Shown here piece by piece: positions 9,168-19,149 of a stretch of 64,000 nt of DNA. Source of the stretch: an uncultured Gemmatimonadales bacterium (GTDB taxonomy: Bacteria > Gemmatimonadota > Gemmatimonadetes > Longimicrobiales > Gaopeijiaceae); assembly GCA_963809895.1 (NCBI GenBank), contig CAWELD010000003.1:2464001-2528000 (forward strand), read 5' to 3'. Position numbers and translations under genes: made by a program. The first letter of the stretch is position 1. Every line of letters begins with the position of its first letter. Below the pieces are notes generated by a model, which had not been told where the DNA came from, ran no database searches, and saw only the letters and a list, made by a program, of their open reading frames with translations.

Positions 9168-10784
9168 ATGCCCCCAACGCCGGACAGCCATCACCCCCAG
9201 GCCGTCACCCTGGAGGTCTTTCGTCATCTCTTCGCCGCCCTCGCGGAGGAGATGGGCGCAGCGCTGCGCCGCTCCGCCTTCTCCCCCAACATCAAGGAAC
9301 GCCGGGACTATTCCTGCGCCCTCTTCGACGCACGAGGACGGCCGGTGGCCCTGGGCGATCACATGCCGGTGCACCTCGGCGCCATGCCCATGAGCGTGGA
9401 GGCGGCGCTCGAGGTTCTGGGCACGCTCGCGCCCGGCGACGTCGCCCTCCTCAACGACCCGTTCCGGGGTGGCACCCACCTGCCGGACATCACCGCGGTC
9501 GCGCCGGTGTACGAGGAGGGCCGCGGCGGTCCGGACGCCCTGCTCGGCTACGTCGCCGCCCGGGCCCATCATTCGGATGTGGGCGGCATGACGCCCGGCT
9601 CCATGCCCCTGGCGCGGGAGATCGTCCAGGAAGGTCTGCGGATCCCTCCGATCCGCCTGGAAAGGGCCGGAGAGCGGGACGACGATGCCTGGCGCCTGAT
9701 CCTGGCCAATGTGCGCACCCCCGAGGAGCGCGCGGGTGACCTCGACGCCCAGATGGCGGCGCTGCACGCGGGCCGCGTCCGCCTCCTGGAGATGGTCCGC
9801 CGCCGTGGGGCCCTTGCCGTGCGCAACGCCATGGACGAGCTCATCGCCTACGCGGACCGCCTCATGGCCGCCGGGCTGGAGCGCATTCCCGACGGCCGCT
9901 ACACCGGCGCCGATGCCCTGGAGGACGACGGCTTCGGCACCGGCCCCATCCCCATCACCGTGGCGCTGACCGTGGACGGCGGCCGGGTGACGGTGGACTT
10001 CTCGGGCTCGTCGCCCCAGGTGCCGGGAGGCGTCAACGCGGTGGCAGCCATCACGGCGTCTGCGACCCGCTACGTGCTCCGGTGCGTGGTGGAGGACCTC
10101 CTGGGGGTCGCCCTCCCCGCCGGTGGCGGCTCGCTCCAGCACGTGCAGCTGGTGCTCCCCGAGCGTTCCGTGGTGAACGCCGCGCCCCCGGCCTCGGTGG
10201 CCGCCGGCAACGTGGAGACCAGCCAGCGCATCACCGACGTGCTCCTGCTGGCGTTCGGCGAGGCGCTCCCGGACCGCATGCCCGCCCTGTCCCAGGGGAC
10301 CATGAACAACACCACCGTGGGCGGCATCGATCCCCGTAGCGGGGCGCCGTTCGCCTACTACGAGACGGTGGGTGGCGGCATGGGGGCGGGACCGTCGGGA
10401 CCGGGCCTCTCGGGCGTGCACAGCCACATGTCCAACTCGCTCAACACACCGGTGGAGGCGTTGGAGCACGCCTATCCCTTCCGGATCGTCCGCTATGCCC
10501 TGCGCCACGGCTCGGGAGGCGCCGGCCTGCACCGGGGCGGCGACGGGCTCCGACGCGACCTGCGCCTCCTCACCGACGGACAGGTGACGCTCCTGAGCGA
10601 GCGCCGACGCACCGGACCCGCCGGGCGAGCCGGAGGCGAAGACGGCGCACCGGGTCGGAACGTGCACATCGTGGGTGGAGAGGAGAAATCCCTGCCCGCC
10701 AAGGTTACCTTTGACGCCCGCGCCGGCGAGGTGGTCAGCATCCGCTCGCCCGGTGGCGGCGGTTGGGGCGCACCCCCGGACTGA
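9168..10784 (+). CDS. Hydantoinase B / 5-oxoprolinase subunit B family protein
   Basis: [75 protein letters not shown]. Confidence 0.93.
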   Translation: MPPTPDSHHPQAVTLEVFRHLFAALAEEMGAALRRSAFSPNIKERRDYSCALFDARGRPVALGDHMPVHLGAMPMSVEAALEVLGTLAPGDVALLNDPFRGGTHLPDITAVAPVYEEGRGGPDALLGYVAARAHHSDVGGMTPGSMPLAREIVQEGLRIPPIRLERAGERDDDAWRLILANVRTPEERAGDLDAQMAALHAGRVRLLEMVRRRGALAVRNAMDELIAYADRLMAAGLERIPDGRYTGADALEDDGFGTGPIPITVALTVDGGRVTVDFSGSSPQVPGGVNAVAAITASATRYVLRCVVEDLLGVALPAGGGSLQHVQLVLPERSVVNAAPPASVAAGNVETSQRITDVLLLAFGEALPDRMPALSQGTMNNTTVGGIDPRSGAPFAYYETVGGGMGAGPSGPGLSGVHSHMSNSLNTPVEALEHAYPFRIVRYALRHGSGGAGLHRGGDGLRRDLRLLTDGQVTLLSERRRTGPAGRAGGEDGAPGRNVHIVGGEEKSLPAKVTFDARAGEVVSIRSPGGGGWGAPPD

Positions 10785-10826
10785 CCACATCGCACGCATC
10801 CGCTCCCCTCGCCCCCGCGACATCCC

Positions 10827-11261
10827 ATGAAGATCCTACTCTCGCTCGTATGCGACGAAGCCCATCAGGATCGCGAGGGACGCCTGCACGTTCGTGGGCA
10901 GTACCTGGACCTCTACGCCCCGGGCTTTCCGGCCAAGCACGACCTCACGCTGGTGGCCATCCTGGAGTGGACCCACGGCGAACAGGGGCGCTTCAACTTC
11001 ACGGTCGAGCTGGCCGGGCCTTCGGGAAAGCCCAGTCTGCGCGGGGACGGCTACACGGAGGTCGTCGCCACCGAGCCCAGGGGACCTCGTGCGCGCACGT
11101 ACTACATTCAGCCCCTCGAGGACGTGGTCTTCGCCGACCCGGGTGAATATCGCTTCCGGATCCGGGTGAAGGGGGAGTGGCACGACGGCCCCATCCTCTA
11201 TCTGTGGGAGACGCCCGACGAGTCCCGGGACTCCGGCGACGCCGGGCCGGGCGGCGCGTGA
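10827..11261 (+). CDS. DUF6941-like small beta-sandwich protein
   Basis: LVCDEA...GRLHVRG...APGFPAKH...F.DPGEY pattern; stop overlaps next start (GTGA). Confidence 0.6.
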   Translation: MKILLSLVCDEAHQDREGRLHVRGQYLDLYAPGFPAKHDLTLVAILEWTHGEQGRFNFTVELAGPSGKPSLRGDGYTEVVATEPRGPRARTYYIQPLEDVVFADPGEYRFRIRVKGEWHDGPILYLWETPDESRDSGDAGPGGA

Positions 11262-12316
11262 CGCCAGCGGGTCTCCTCCACCCCCGGCGCAGCCGAAGGG
11301 TGGGCATCGTGCTCCTCACCGGCATCGGTGACGTGGTCCACGGGCTGCCTCTGGCCCGCGACCTCAAGCGAGAGGATCCCGGGCGTGAGGTCGTGTGGAT
11401 CGCCGAACCCGCGCCGGCACAGGTGGTCCTGCACCATCCCGACGTCGACCGGGTGGTGGTCTTCCGCAAAGACGAGGGGCTCCGGGGCGTCATGGCCGTG
11501 TTCGAGGCCTTTCGCGGCCGGAGCTGCGACCTGACCCTCAACCTCATGCGCTACGTCAAAGGGGTCTTCCCGGCCCTGGCCACCGGAGCGTCCGTGCGCC
11601 TCGGCCTCCCTCCCTCCAAGACCCGTGACGGCGTGCGCTTCTTCAACACGCATCACCTGGCGGAGACCCCCTGGTGCCACACGCAGGATCTCTTCCTGCG
11701 GTTCCGCGAGCCCCTGGGCCTCGATCCCGACGCCCCGGTGGAGTGGCGCATCACCTTCTCCGACCAGGAGCGCCGCGCGCGCGACGCCTTCTTCGAGTCG
11801 CTCCGTCGCCCGGGACGCCCGGTGGCGGGTGTGGTCCTGGCCACCGCCAACCCTTCGAAGGACTGGCCGGCGGCCCGCTATCCGGAGCTGGTGCGCCGCC
11901 TGCACGACGAAGCGGGGCTCACGCCGCTCCTGATCGGCGGCCCCTCACCGGTGGAGGCCCGGGTGGCCGAGCGCATCGTCCGTGAGTCCGGCGTCCCGGT
12001 CGAGAACGGCCTGGGAGATTCGGTGCGGGCCATGATGTGGATGGTGGACGGCGTCGACGTCCTGGTGAGCCCCGACACCGGGCCCCTCCACATCGCCCAC
12101 GCGCTGGAGACCCCGGTGGTGGGGCTGTTCGGCCACACCAACCCCTGGCGGGTGGGGCCCTGGCGCCGCTATCACGAGCTGATGGTCGATGCCTACACCG
12201 AGGCGGGCGACGCTCCGGACCCCTCGGCGTACGCCCCCAGGCACGGACGCATGGACGACATCCCCGTGGACCAGGTGATGGACAAGGTCGCCCTCGCCCG
12301 GAGGCGGTACCCGTGA
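11258..12316 (+). CDS. GT9 LPS heptosyltransferase (OpsX-like), paralog 1
   Basis: LTGIGDVVH, KDWP, SPDTGPLHIAHALETPVVGLFG; GTGA overlaps at both ends. Confidence 0.9.
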   Translation: MTPAGLLHPRRSRRVGIVLLTGIGDVVHGLPLARDLKREDPGREVVWIAEPAPAQVVLHHPDVDRVVVFRKDEGLRGVMAVFEAFRGRSCDLTLNLMRYVKGVFPALATGASVRLGLPPSKTRDGVRFFNTHHLAETPWCHTQDLFLRFREPLGLDPDAPVEWRITFSDQERRARDAFFESLRRPGRPVAGVVLATANPSKDWPAARYPELVRRLHDEAGLTPLLIGGPSPVEARVAERIVRESGVPVENGLGDSVRAMMWMVDGVDVLVSPDTGPLHIAHALETPVVGLFGHTNPWRVGPWRRYHELMVDAYTEAGDAPDPSAYAPRHGRMDDIPVDQVMDKVALARRRYP

Positions 12317-13095
12317 TCCCGCCGGATGGCTTCCGGGAGGTCCGCGCGGTGGGCGCCAGGGGATTCGCGCGCGCCGAGGCCGTGGAATGGATCACCTCGG
12401 CCCTGACGCGCTGGGGGAGCCTGGCGCGCGCCGGTGCCCACGCCGACGACGCGCTGGAGCTCCACGGCCGCAGCACCGTGCACGCGGTCCCGGCGCCGGA
12501 CGGCGGGCGCTGGGTCATCCGGCGCTATCGCCGCGGCGGATGGATCGCGTCGCTTCTGGACGACCGCTACCTCCGTCAGGGCACGCCGCGGCCGCTGCTG
12601 GAAACCCGCGCGAGCCAGGTCGCCCGGGGTCGCGGGGTGGCCACGCCCAAGATCATCGCCGGCGTCGTCTATCCGGGGGGACTCTTCTACCGGGCCGACC
12701 TCGTGAGCGAATACGTTCCGGACTCGCTGGACCTGGCGGAGATGCTCTTCGGAGGCGACGATGGCCGACCGGACGGAACCGATCCGGCGCTGCGCGCCGC
12801 CTGCCTGGAGGGTGCCGGGCAACTCGCGGTCCGGCTCGCGGCGGCAGGAGTGCGCCACCGCGATTTCAACGCCAAGAACGTGCTCGTGCAACTGGGAGAC
12901 GAGGCACCGCGGATGCTGGCTCTGGACCTGGACCGCGCCACCGTGCACCGTCGGGGGTCCGTGGATGCGGGGGGCATGGGGGCGAGGCTCGAACGCTCGC
13001 TGCGCAAGTTCGAGCGCCGGACCGACCGCTTCCTGCGCGAGCAGGAGTGGCAGGCCCTGGCGCGTGGCCTGGACATCAGCCCGGAGCAGCCGTGA
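12313..13095 (+). CDS. kdkA: Kdo kinase / LPS kinase (KdkA-like)
   Basis: GRSTV, WVIRRYRRGGW, YRADLV, HRDFNAKNVL, LDLDRA, RLERSLRK. Confidence 0.8.
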   Translation: MIPPDGFREVRAVGARGFARAEAVEWITSALTRWGSLARAGAHADDALELHGRSTVHAVPAPDGGRWVIRRYRRGGWIASLLDDRYLRQGTPRPLLETRASQVARGRGVATPKIIAGVVYPGGLFYRADLVSEYVPDSLDLAEMLFGGDDGRPDGTDPALRAACLEGAGQLAVRLAAAGVRHRDFNAKNVLVQLGDEAPRMLALDLDRATVHRRGSVDAGGMGARLERSLRKFERRTDRFLREQEWQALARGLDISPEQP

Positions 13096-14150
13096 GCGTC
13101 GAGGAGCGAGTCTTTCCCGAAGGGCCGCCCCGGGAGATCTGCATCATGATGCTGAGCGCCATCGGCGATGCGGTCCACGTGCTGCCGGTGGCCAACGCCC
13201 TCAAGCGCCATTGGCCGGAGACCCGCATCACCTGGGTCATCCAGCCCGTCCCCCACCTGCTCGTGCGGGGTCACCCCGCCATCGATCGCTTCCTGCTCTT
13301 CCGGCGCCGGCGCGGTCTGGACGCGTGGGAGGGATTCCGGGACCTGGCCCAGCAGTATCCGCAGCGGCCCTTCGACCTGCTCCTGGCACTGCAGGTCTAC
13401 TTCAAGGCCGGCATCCTCACGGGACTGGCGCCGGCCCGGGTGAAGCTGGGCTTCGACCGCGAGCGCGCCCGCGATCTGAACTGGCTCTTCACCAACGAGC
13501 GCATCCCCTTCCACGGCCAGCATCACGTGCAGGACCAGTACCTCGAGTTCCTGGAGCACCTGGGCGTGAACCCGCACCCGGTGACGTGGGATATCCGACT
13601 CACCCCCGACGAGCGCATGGCCCAGCGCCGGTTCCTGGACGAGATGGGACGGCCGGTGTGCGCGGTGGTGGTGGGCACGTCGAAGCGGGCGAAGAACTGG
13701 AGCCCGGAGGGCTACGCCAGGGTCCTCGAGGCCCTGGAGAGTGACTTCGGACTCCGCCCCGTGCTGGTGGGAGGGCCCTCTCCGGTGGAGCGCGAGCTGG
13801 CCGATCGCATTCTCGCCCTCACGCGCGCCACCACCGTGGTGGACACGCTCGGCAACGATCTGCGCCGGCTGGTGTGGATCGTGGACGGCAGTGCCCTGGT
13901 CATCAGCCCCGACACCGGCCCGTTGCACATCGCCCGGGCGCTGGAGACCCCGGTGGTGGGGCTCTACGGCTACACGAACCCGAAACGCACGGGCCCCTGG
14001 CGCCGCTTTCAGGACCTGGTGGTGGACGGCTACGCCGCCTTTCCCGGAGAAGCCTATCCCGTGTCGCCGGAATACCGGGACGGGATGAAGCGCGTCACCG
14101 TCGAAGCGGTGCTCGACAAGGTGCAACTCGCCACGGAACGATACCTGTAG
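13092..14150 (+). CDS. GT9 LPS heptosyltransferase (OpsX-like), paralog 2
   Basis: ICIMMLSAIGDAVH, WPETRITWVI, KNWSPEGY, SPDTGPLHIARALETPVVGLYGYTNPKRTGP. Confidence 0.92.
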   Translation: MSVEERVFPEGPPREICIMMLSAIGDAVHVLPVANALKRHWPETRITWVIQPVPHLLVRGHPAIDRFLLFRRRRGLDAWEGFRDLAQQYPQRPFDLLLALQVYFKAGILTGLAPARVKLGFDRERARDLNWLFTNERIPFHGQHHVQDQYLEFLEHLGVNPHPVTWDIRLTPDERMAQRRFLDEMGRPVCAVVVGTSKRAKNWSPEGYARVLEALESDFGLRPVLVGGPSPVERELADRILALTRATTVVDTLGNDLRRLVWIVDGSALVISPDTGPLHIARALETPVVGLYGYTNPKRTGPWRRFQDLVVDGYAAFPGEAYPVSPEYRDGMKRVTVEAVLDKVQLATERYL

Positions 14151-14154
14151 CCCC

Positions 14155-14703
14155 TCACCAGGGCAGATACATGCGCACCGCCAGGAAGGCGAATCCCGCC
14201 ACGGCTCCCAGCAGCGCCTCGTACTCCCGGTTGCGCCGGTAGCGCGCCAGCGAGAAGCCCGCGCCACCGTCGGCCCCCGGTGCGCGGTACCGGGTCAGGC
14301 GCGGAAGCAGGAGCGGGACGTGTCTCGCATAGTGACGGTACGCGTCGCCGAAGAGCTCCTCCAGCAGCTTGGCCTCGCCACGCATGGTGCGTCCGTAGAC
14401 TACCACGAAGAAGACCAGGAAGAGACCCACGAAGAGCCAGCGCCCCCCGGCGACCGTGACCCCCAGACCCAGGAACAGGGTCCCGAGATAGAGGGGGTTA
14501 CGGGTGCGGGCGTAGGGTCCGGTGGTGGTGAGGGCCTTGTCCTTGTGGATGTGCCCGGCGGACGCCGCCCGGATCAGGAGGCCCAGGACCGCCAATCCGA
14601 CTCCCACGGTGAAGGCGGCCGGGGTCGGCCGCGCGAACCACAGGAAGGGAACGATGAGGAGCCAGACCGCCCGCAGGCGGAGCGTGCGCATGCTGATCGA
14701 CAT
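14155..14703 (-). CDS. Isoprenylcysteine carboxyl methyltransferase (ICMT/PEMT) family membrane methyltransferase, LmtA-like
   Basis: LTTTGPYARTRNPLYLG and E...LEELFGDAYRHY...VP motifs. Confidence 0.85.
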   Translation of the reverse strand: MSISMRTLRLRAVWLLIVPFLWFARPTPAAFTVGVGLAVLGLLIRAASAGHIHKDKALTTTGPYARTRNPLYLGTLFLGLGVTVAGGRWLFVGLFLVFFVVVYGRTMRGEAKLLEELFGDAYRHYARHVPLLLPRLTRYRAPGADGGAGFSLARYRRNREYEALLGAVAGFAFLAVRMYLPW

Positions 14704-14718
14704 GGCACAAGATAGCCC

Positions 14719-15522
14719 TCAAGCGCCCGGCGTGTAGCCCTCTTCCACCTTCTTGAGGTGCAGCGAGATGGACCCGACCAGAGGAACCTCGGAGCGCATG
14801 TAGACGAGGCGGCGCTCGGCGTCGTCCGTGAAGTAGAGCTCGGCCTTGCCACCCTCGCCGAAGAGCCCGGTGGTCTTGATGATGGGCTGCACCACGATGC
14901 ACTGGAACTTCCCGGCCGGGACTTCCTTCTCTTCGCGCCGCAGGACCTTCACCACCACGGGATTGCCCTCTTCCTTGAAATAGGAGTCGAAGGTGTAGGT
15001 CTTGCCGACCTCCAGGGGAAGCGTGCGCACGAAATAGACGAAGGCGATCTCGTCCCGGGGGGCGTCTCCGGGGCTGACCCCGTCGTTGTCTTCCTCGTCG
15101 GTCCGCTCCCAGCGCTTCTCTTCGGGATAGATCGCGTATTCGCGCAGGCTCTTGTACTTGACCTCGTGGATGTCCTGCACGAACTGACGCGACGCCAGGG
15201 TGCGCACGTCCATCCAGGAATGGAGGCGATCGTGAACCTGCACGGCCCCGAAGAACGCGCTCCCGTCCAGGTCCATGCTCACGTGGTACGTGGGCAGGCC
15301 GCGGATGTCCTCGACGCCGTGAACCGTCATGTGGCCTTCACCCACGCTGAAGACGCCCAGCTTCACCTGATACGTCAGACGCTCGCCGACCTCGAAGGGC
15401 ATGGTGGGCGGAGCGGTGGGCTTCACGTCCGTGGGCAGCTGGACTCGCTGCATCTCCTGGGCCCCCGCCACGCCGTGGCCGGCGAGGGTCAGCAGGATCG
15501 CCAGCAGGGTCGTCCGGGTCAT
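14719..15522 (-). CDS. DUF3108 family secreted protein
   Basis: Signal peptide; PFEVGERLTY, RTLPLEVG, EVPAGKFQCIVVQP, YFTDDAERRLV. Confidence 0.75.
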   Translation of the reverse strand: MTRTTLLAILLTLAGHGVAGAQEMQRVQLPTDVKPTAPPTMPFEVGERLTYQVKLGVFSVGEGHMTVHGVEDIRGLPTYHVSMDLDGSAFFGAVQVHDRLHSWMDVRTLASRQFVQDIHEVKYKSLREYAIYPEEKRWERTDEEDNDGVSPGDAPRDEIAFVYFVRTLPLEVGKTYTFDSYFKEEGNPVVVKVLRREEKEVPAGKFQCIVVQPIIKTTGLFGEGGKAELYFTDDAERRLVYMRSEVPLVGSISLHLKKVEEGYTPGA

Positions 15523-16274
15523 GCCGCCTCCCCGTCTTCCGCGTCCCAGAGACGCCGGCTCCGCAGCCCCAGAAGCGCGCGCAGCGTCCGGAAGGCCTTG
15601 AAGCGCGAGGTGCGCGCGTGCAGGGGGTAGCGCAGCCCCAGCTCCACATCCTCGATGCGGCGGGCGTGCCGCGCCACGCTACCCAGCAGCTCCAGGCTGG
15701 CGGCCCAGGGCTCCGGCGACGCACACAGCGCCTCGTCTTCACGAAGCGCCTTCTTGAGAACCACGATGCGGTAGGCCCGGAACCCGCACAGGGGATCGGC
15801 CACCGGGGCACCTCCGTGGGTGCGTCCCAGAACCCACGGCGCCAGCCGGTGCGCCCAGTGCAGAGAGCGGTGGTCGCCGACGCCGGGCCGCTCGTGGGCA
15901 CCAGCGACGATGTCCGCCCCACCCTCCAGCGTCTTGACGAGGTCCACGACATGGCCGGGGTCTTCGGAGAAGTCGGCCTGCAGCACCACGGCGGCGTCTC
16001 GCTTCGGATAGGGCGCCACCCGCACCGCCTCCCGCAGGAGCCGGTCGACGGCCCGGCCGTATCCCAGCCGCTGCTCGGACCGGATTACGGTGAGGGGAAG
16101 GTGGTCGCGGTAGCGCCCCAGGACCTCCGGCGTGTCGTCACCGGAGGCGTCGTCCAGAACCAGGACGTGGAAGTCGCGCTGGAACTCCGGGTCCGTCAGG
16201 ACCTTGCGCAGCTTCCACAGGACCGGCCCCAGAGTGGATGCCTCGTCGTGGACGGGAAGACAGATATAGATCAC
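15519..16274 (-). CDS. GT2 glycosyltransferase (DPM/GtrB-like)
   Basis: ICLPVHDEA, VLDDASGDDT, QADFSEDP, GADIVAG, DPLCGFRAYR. Confidence 0.8.
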   Translation of the reverse strand: MIYICLPVHDEASTLGPVLWKLRKVLTDPEFQRDFHVLVLDDASGDDTPEVLGRYRDHLPLTVIRSEQRLGYGRAVDRLLREAVRVAPYPKRDAAVVLQADFSEDPGHVVDLVKTLEGGADIVAGAHERPGVGDHRSLHWAHRLAPWVLGRTHGGAPVADPLCGFRAYRIVVLKKALREDEALCASPEPWAASLELLGSVARHARRIEDVELGLRYPLHARTSRFKAFRTLRALLGLRSRRLWDAEDGEAA

Positions 16275-16388
16275 GGGGTTCGCTGACGTTCGGGGACGGG
16301 ACGCCGGACGTGGAGGCGCGGGCCGGCCTACTTCGATATATACGGAGAAGGCCAGCCCCCGGTTCCTGGCCCGGACCGGGTGCGAAGC

Positions 16389-17303
16389 CTACGCGCCCGC
16401 CGGTGCGGCGGGGGGCGGGCGCGTCTTCCAGCGCTTGTGCTGCCAGAAGTACTGTTCGGGAGCCGATCGCACCCAGCGCTCCAGGGCCCGGGTGTGGGCG
16501 GCCGTGAGGGCCTCCACGTCTCGCTCCAGGTCTCCGGTGGGCGTGATGGCCACCTCTTCCAGGACGACGCGGTACTGATGACGCTCGCCGTCCACGCGGA
16601 GCGCGATGCCCAGGAAGAGGGGGGCCCCGGTGCGCAGCGCGAAGAGCGCCGGCCCGCGATAGGTGGACGCCAGGCGGCCGAAGAACTCCACGAAGACGCC
16701 GGCGGCCCGGGCGTTCTGGTCGGCCACCAGGGCGGCCACGCGCCCGGCGTGGAGCGAGCGCAGCACTTCGCGTGGCGCGGCACCCCGTGCCACGACCCGC
16801 ATGCCCAGGCGGGCCCGGGCCTCCACCAGGTCCTGATCGAAGAGGCGGTTCCCCTGCACCAACGCCACCGCGTCGACGGGAATGCCCCGTACCGCCAGCG
16901 CGGCGCCGCCGATCTCCCAGTTTCCCAGGTGGCCGGTGACCACGATGGCGCCCCCGGCTTGGTCGAGAGATCGGCGCAGCGCATCCAGCCCCTCCACCCG
17001 GGTCACGCGCTCCACCCGCTCCCGGTCTCCACCGCCCAGGCGGAAGGTGGCCACCGCCTCGCGCCCCAGATGCCGGTAGCTGGCCCGGGCCACCCGACGA
17101 CGCCACCCCGGCGACCGGTCCGGAAACGCCGCGGCCAGGTTGTCGTCCACCACGGCGCGGCGGATCCTGAGCACGACCCCGGCCTTCCACCCGAGCAGGG
17201 CCCCGAAGCCCAGGGCGACCGACTCGGGGAGCAGTCGCAGCGTGCCACGCAGGAGCCGGAAGCCGGCGTACTCCAGCCGGTGCCGCAGGGTGGGGGGCTT
17301 CAG
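16389..17303 (-). CDS. lpxL: Lipid A late acyltransferase (LpxL/HtrB family), probable CTG start
   Basis: TGHLGNWE, LVADQN, FVEFFG, APEQYFWQHKRWKTRP; frame stays open upstream through (L)KPPTLRHRLEYAGFR to a CTGA overlap with the msbA stop. Confidence 0.85.
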   Translation of the reverse strand: MKPPTLRHRLEYAGFRLLRGTLRLLPESVALGFGALLGWKAGVVLRIRRAVVDDNLAAAFPDRSPGWRRRVARASYRHLGREAVATFRLGGGDRERVERVTRVEGLDALRRSLDQAGGAIVVTGHLGNWEIGGAALAVRGIPVDAVALVQGNRLFDQDLVEARARLGMRVVARGAAPREVLRSLHAGRVAALVADQNARAAGVFVEFFGRLASTYRGPALFALRTGAPLFLGIALRVDGERHQYRVVLEEVAITPTGDLERDVEALTAAHTRALERWVRSAPEQYFWQHKRWKTRPPPAAPAGA

Positions 17304-19129
17304 GACCGTTCCTCGAACTGGAGCTCGTAGAGCCGTCGGTAGACGCCGGCCTCGGCCAGCAGAGTCTCGTGGCGCCCCCGCTCCACGATGTGACCGTCGT
17401 CCAGCACCACGATCTGGTCGGCCCGTTGGATGGTGGACAGTCGGTGGGCGATCACGAACACGGTGCGTCCCTGGAGAAGGCGCTCGATGGCGTCCTGGAC
17501 CAGGCGCTCGGACTCGGTGTCCAGCGCGCTGGTGGCCTCGTCGAAGATGAGGATCGGCGGGTCGCGCAGCAGCGCCCGGGCGATGGCGATGCGCTGGCGC
17601 TGTCCGCCGGAAAGCTCGGTGCCGCGCTCGCCCACGACGGTGTCGTAGCCGGCGGGCAGCGCCGAGATGAACCCGTGGGCGTTGGCGGCCCGGGCGGCGC
17701 GCTCCACCGCGTCGGCGTCGGCGTCGGGCCGGCCGTAGGCGATGTTGGCGCGCACGGTGTCGTGGAAGAGGACCGTCTCCTGCGAAACGATGCCCAGCGC
17801 GGCCCGCAGCGATGCGATGGCGATGTCCCGGATGTCCACGCCGTCGACGGTGATCCGGCCCTCGCTCACCTCGTAGAAGCGCCCCAGGAGATCCACCATG
17901 GTGGTCTTGCCCGCGCCCGAAGGCCCCACGAGCGCCACCACGCTTCCCCGCGGCACCGTGAGGTCCACCCCGGCGAGGACCGGCTCGCCGGGACGGTAGG
18001 AGAAGGAGACGTCCTCGAATCGGATCTCCTCCTCCAGGCCGGGAAAGGACCGGGCGTGCTCCCGGTCGCGGATCTCCACCGGCGCGTCCAGGAACTCGAA
18101 GACCCGTTCCGCCCCCACCAGCCCCGGCTGCACCAGCGCCGGGAACTTGGCCACGTACTTCACGGGCGCGTAGAGCTTGAGGCTGAGCCCCAGGAAGCCC
18201 ACGAAGGCGGCGCTGCTCAGGACCTGGTCCACCAGCACCAGGCGGGCGCCGTACCAGAGGATCACCACCGTGCCCACCGCCGCCAACATCTCGGTGAGGG
18301 GCGCGGCCAGCGCCCTCAGGCGCTCGGTGCGGACGAAGGTCCGGAAATAGTCACCGGTGAGCCCGTGGAAGCGGCCTCGCTCCATGTCCTCGGCGCCCGA
18401 CGACTTCACCAGCCGGATGCCCGACAGCGTCTCCTGGATGTGCGCGTTCACCTCGCCCGCGAGGTTGAGGACCCGCCGGTCGCCCCGCCGCAGCCGCTTC
18501 ACCAGCGGACCCCAGATGGCCATGGTCCCGGGAATCACGACGAAGGCCGCCAGCGTGAGCTTCCACGACACGGCGACCATGAAGGTCACCGCCGCGGCGA
18601 ACTCGAACACCGACGACAGGATCTTGGCCAGCTCCTTGGTGAGGAGCGTGCGCAGCTGCTCCACGTCGTGGGTCAGCCGCGACACGATCTGGCCCATGCG
18701 GGTGCGGCCGAAGAAGGCCAGGTCCAGGTCCAGGAGGTGGTCGTAGACCTGATCGCGGAGGTCCCGGGTCACACCCTGCTCCACCCGGGCCACCAGATAG
18801 GCGCGGGCGAAGTCGAAGACGTTCTTGAGGGCGAAGACCACCACGATCATGAGGATGATCCCCTGAACCGCGTCCAGGGGATTGCCGGACAGATCGACCA
18901 CCTTGTAGACGGTGGCGTCCAGGAAGCGGTCCATGAGGCTCGCCCCGCCTGCGCCCCCGCCGGGCAGCGTGCTGGTCGAGCCGCCGTTGAAGAGGGCGGA
19001 CACGAAGGGGATGAGCAGCACGTACGAGAAGGCGTCCAGCGACGCGAAGGCGACCGTAGCCACCACCGATGCCAGAAAGACCGGCAGGTGGGGACCGAGA
19101 TAGCGCAGGATACGGCCGTAGAGCTTCAA
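17300..19129 (-). CDS. msbA: MsbA-like lipid A flippase ABC transporter
   Basis: TTG start (MKLYGRILRYL) with GGAG RBS; TMD plus GPSGAGKTT, LSGGQRQR, ILIFDEATSALD, IAHRLS; adjacent to lpxL. Confidence 0.85.
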   Translation of the reverse strand: MKLYGRILRYLGPHLPVFLASVVATVAFASLDAFSYVLLIPFVSALFNGGSTSTLPGGGAGGASLMDRFLDATVYKVVDLSGNPLDAVQGIILMIVVVFALKNVFDFARAYLVARVEQGVTRDLRDQVYDHLLDLDLAFFGRTRMGQIVSRLTHDVEQLRTLLTKELAKILSSVFEFAAAVTFMVAVSWKLTLAAFVVIPGTMAIWGPLVKRLRRGDRRVLNLAGEVNAHIQETLSGIRLVKSSGAEDMERGRFHGLTGDYFRTFVRTERLRALAAPLTEMLAAVGTVVILWYGARLVLVDQVLSSAAFVGFLGLSLKLYAPVKYVAKFPALVQPGLVGAERVFEFLDAPVEIRDREHARSFPGLEEEIRFEDVSFSYRPGEPVLAGVDLTVPRGSVVALVGPSGAGKTTMVDLLGRFYEVSEGRITVDGVDIRDIAIASLRAALGIVSQETVLFHDTVRANIAYGRPDADADAVERAARAANAHGFISALPAGYDTVVGERGTELSGGQRQRIAIARALLRDPPILIFDEATSALDTESERLVQDAIERLLQGRTVFVIAHRLSTIQRADQIVVLDDGHIVERGRHETLLAEAGVYRRLYELQFEERS

Positions 19130-19149
19130 GCAGTCTCCGGGTGCGACGA

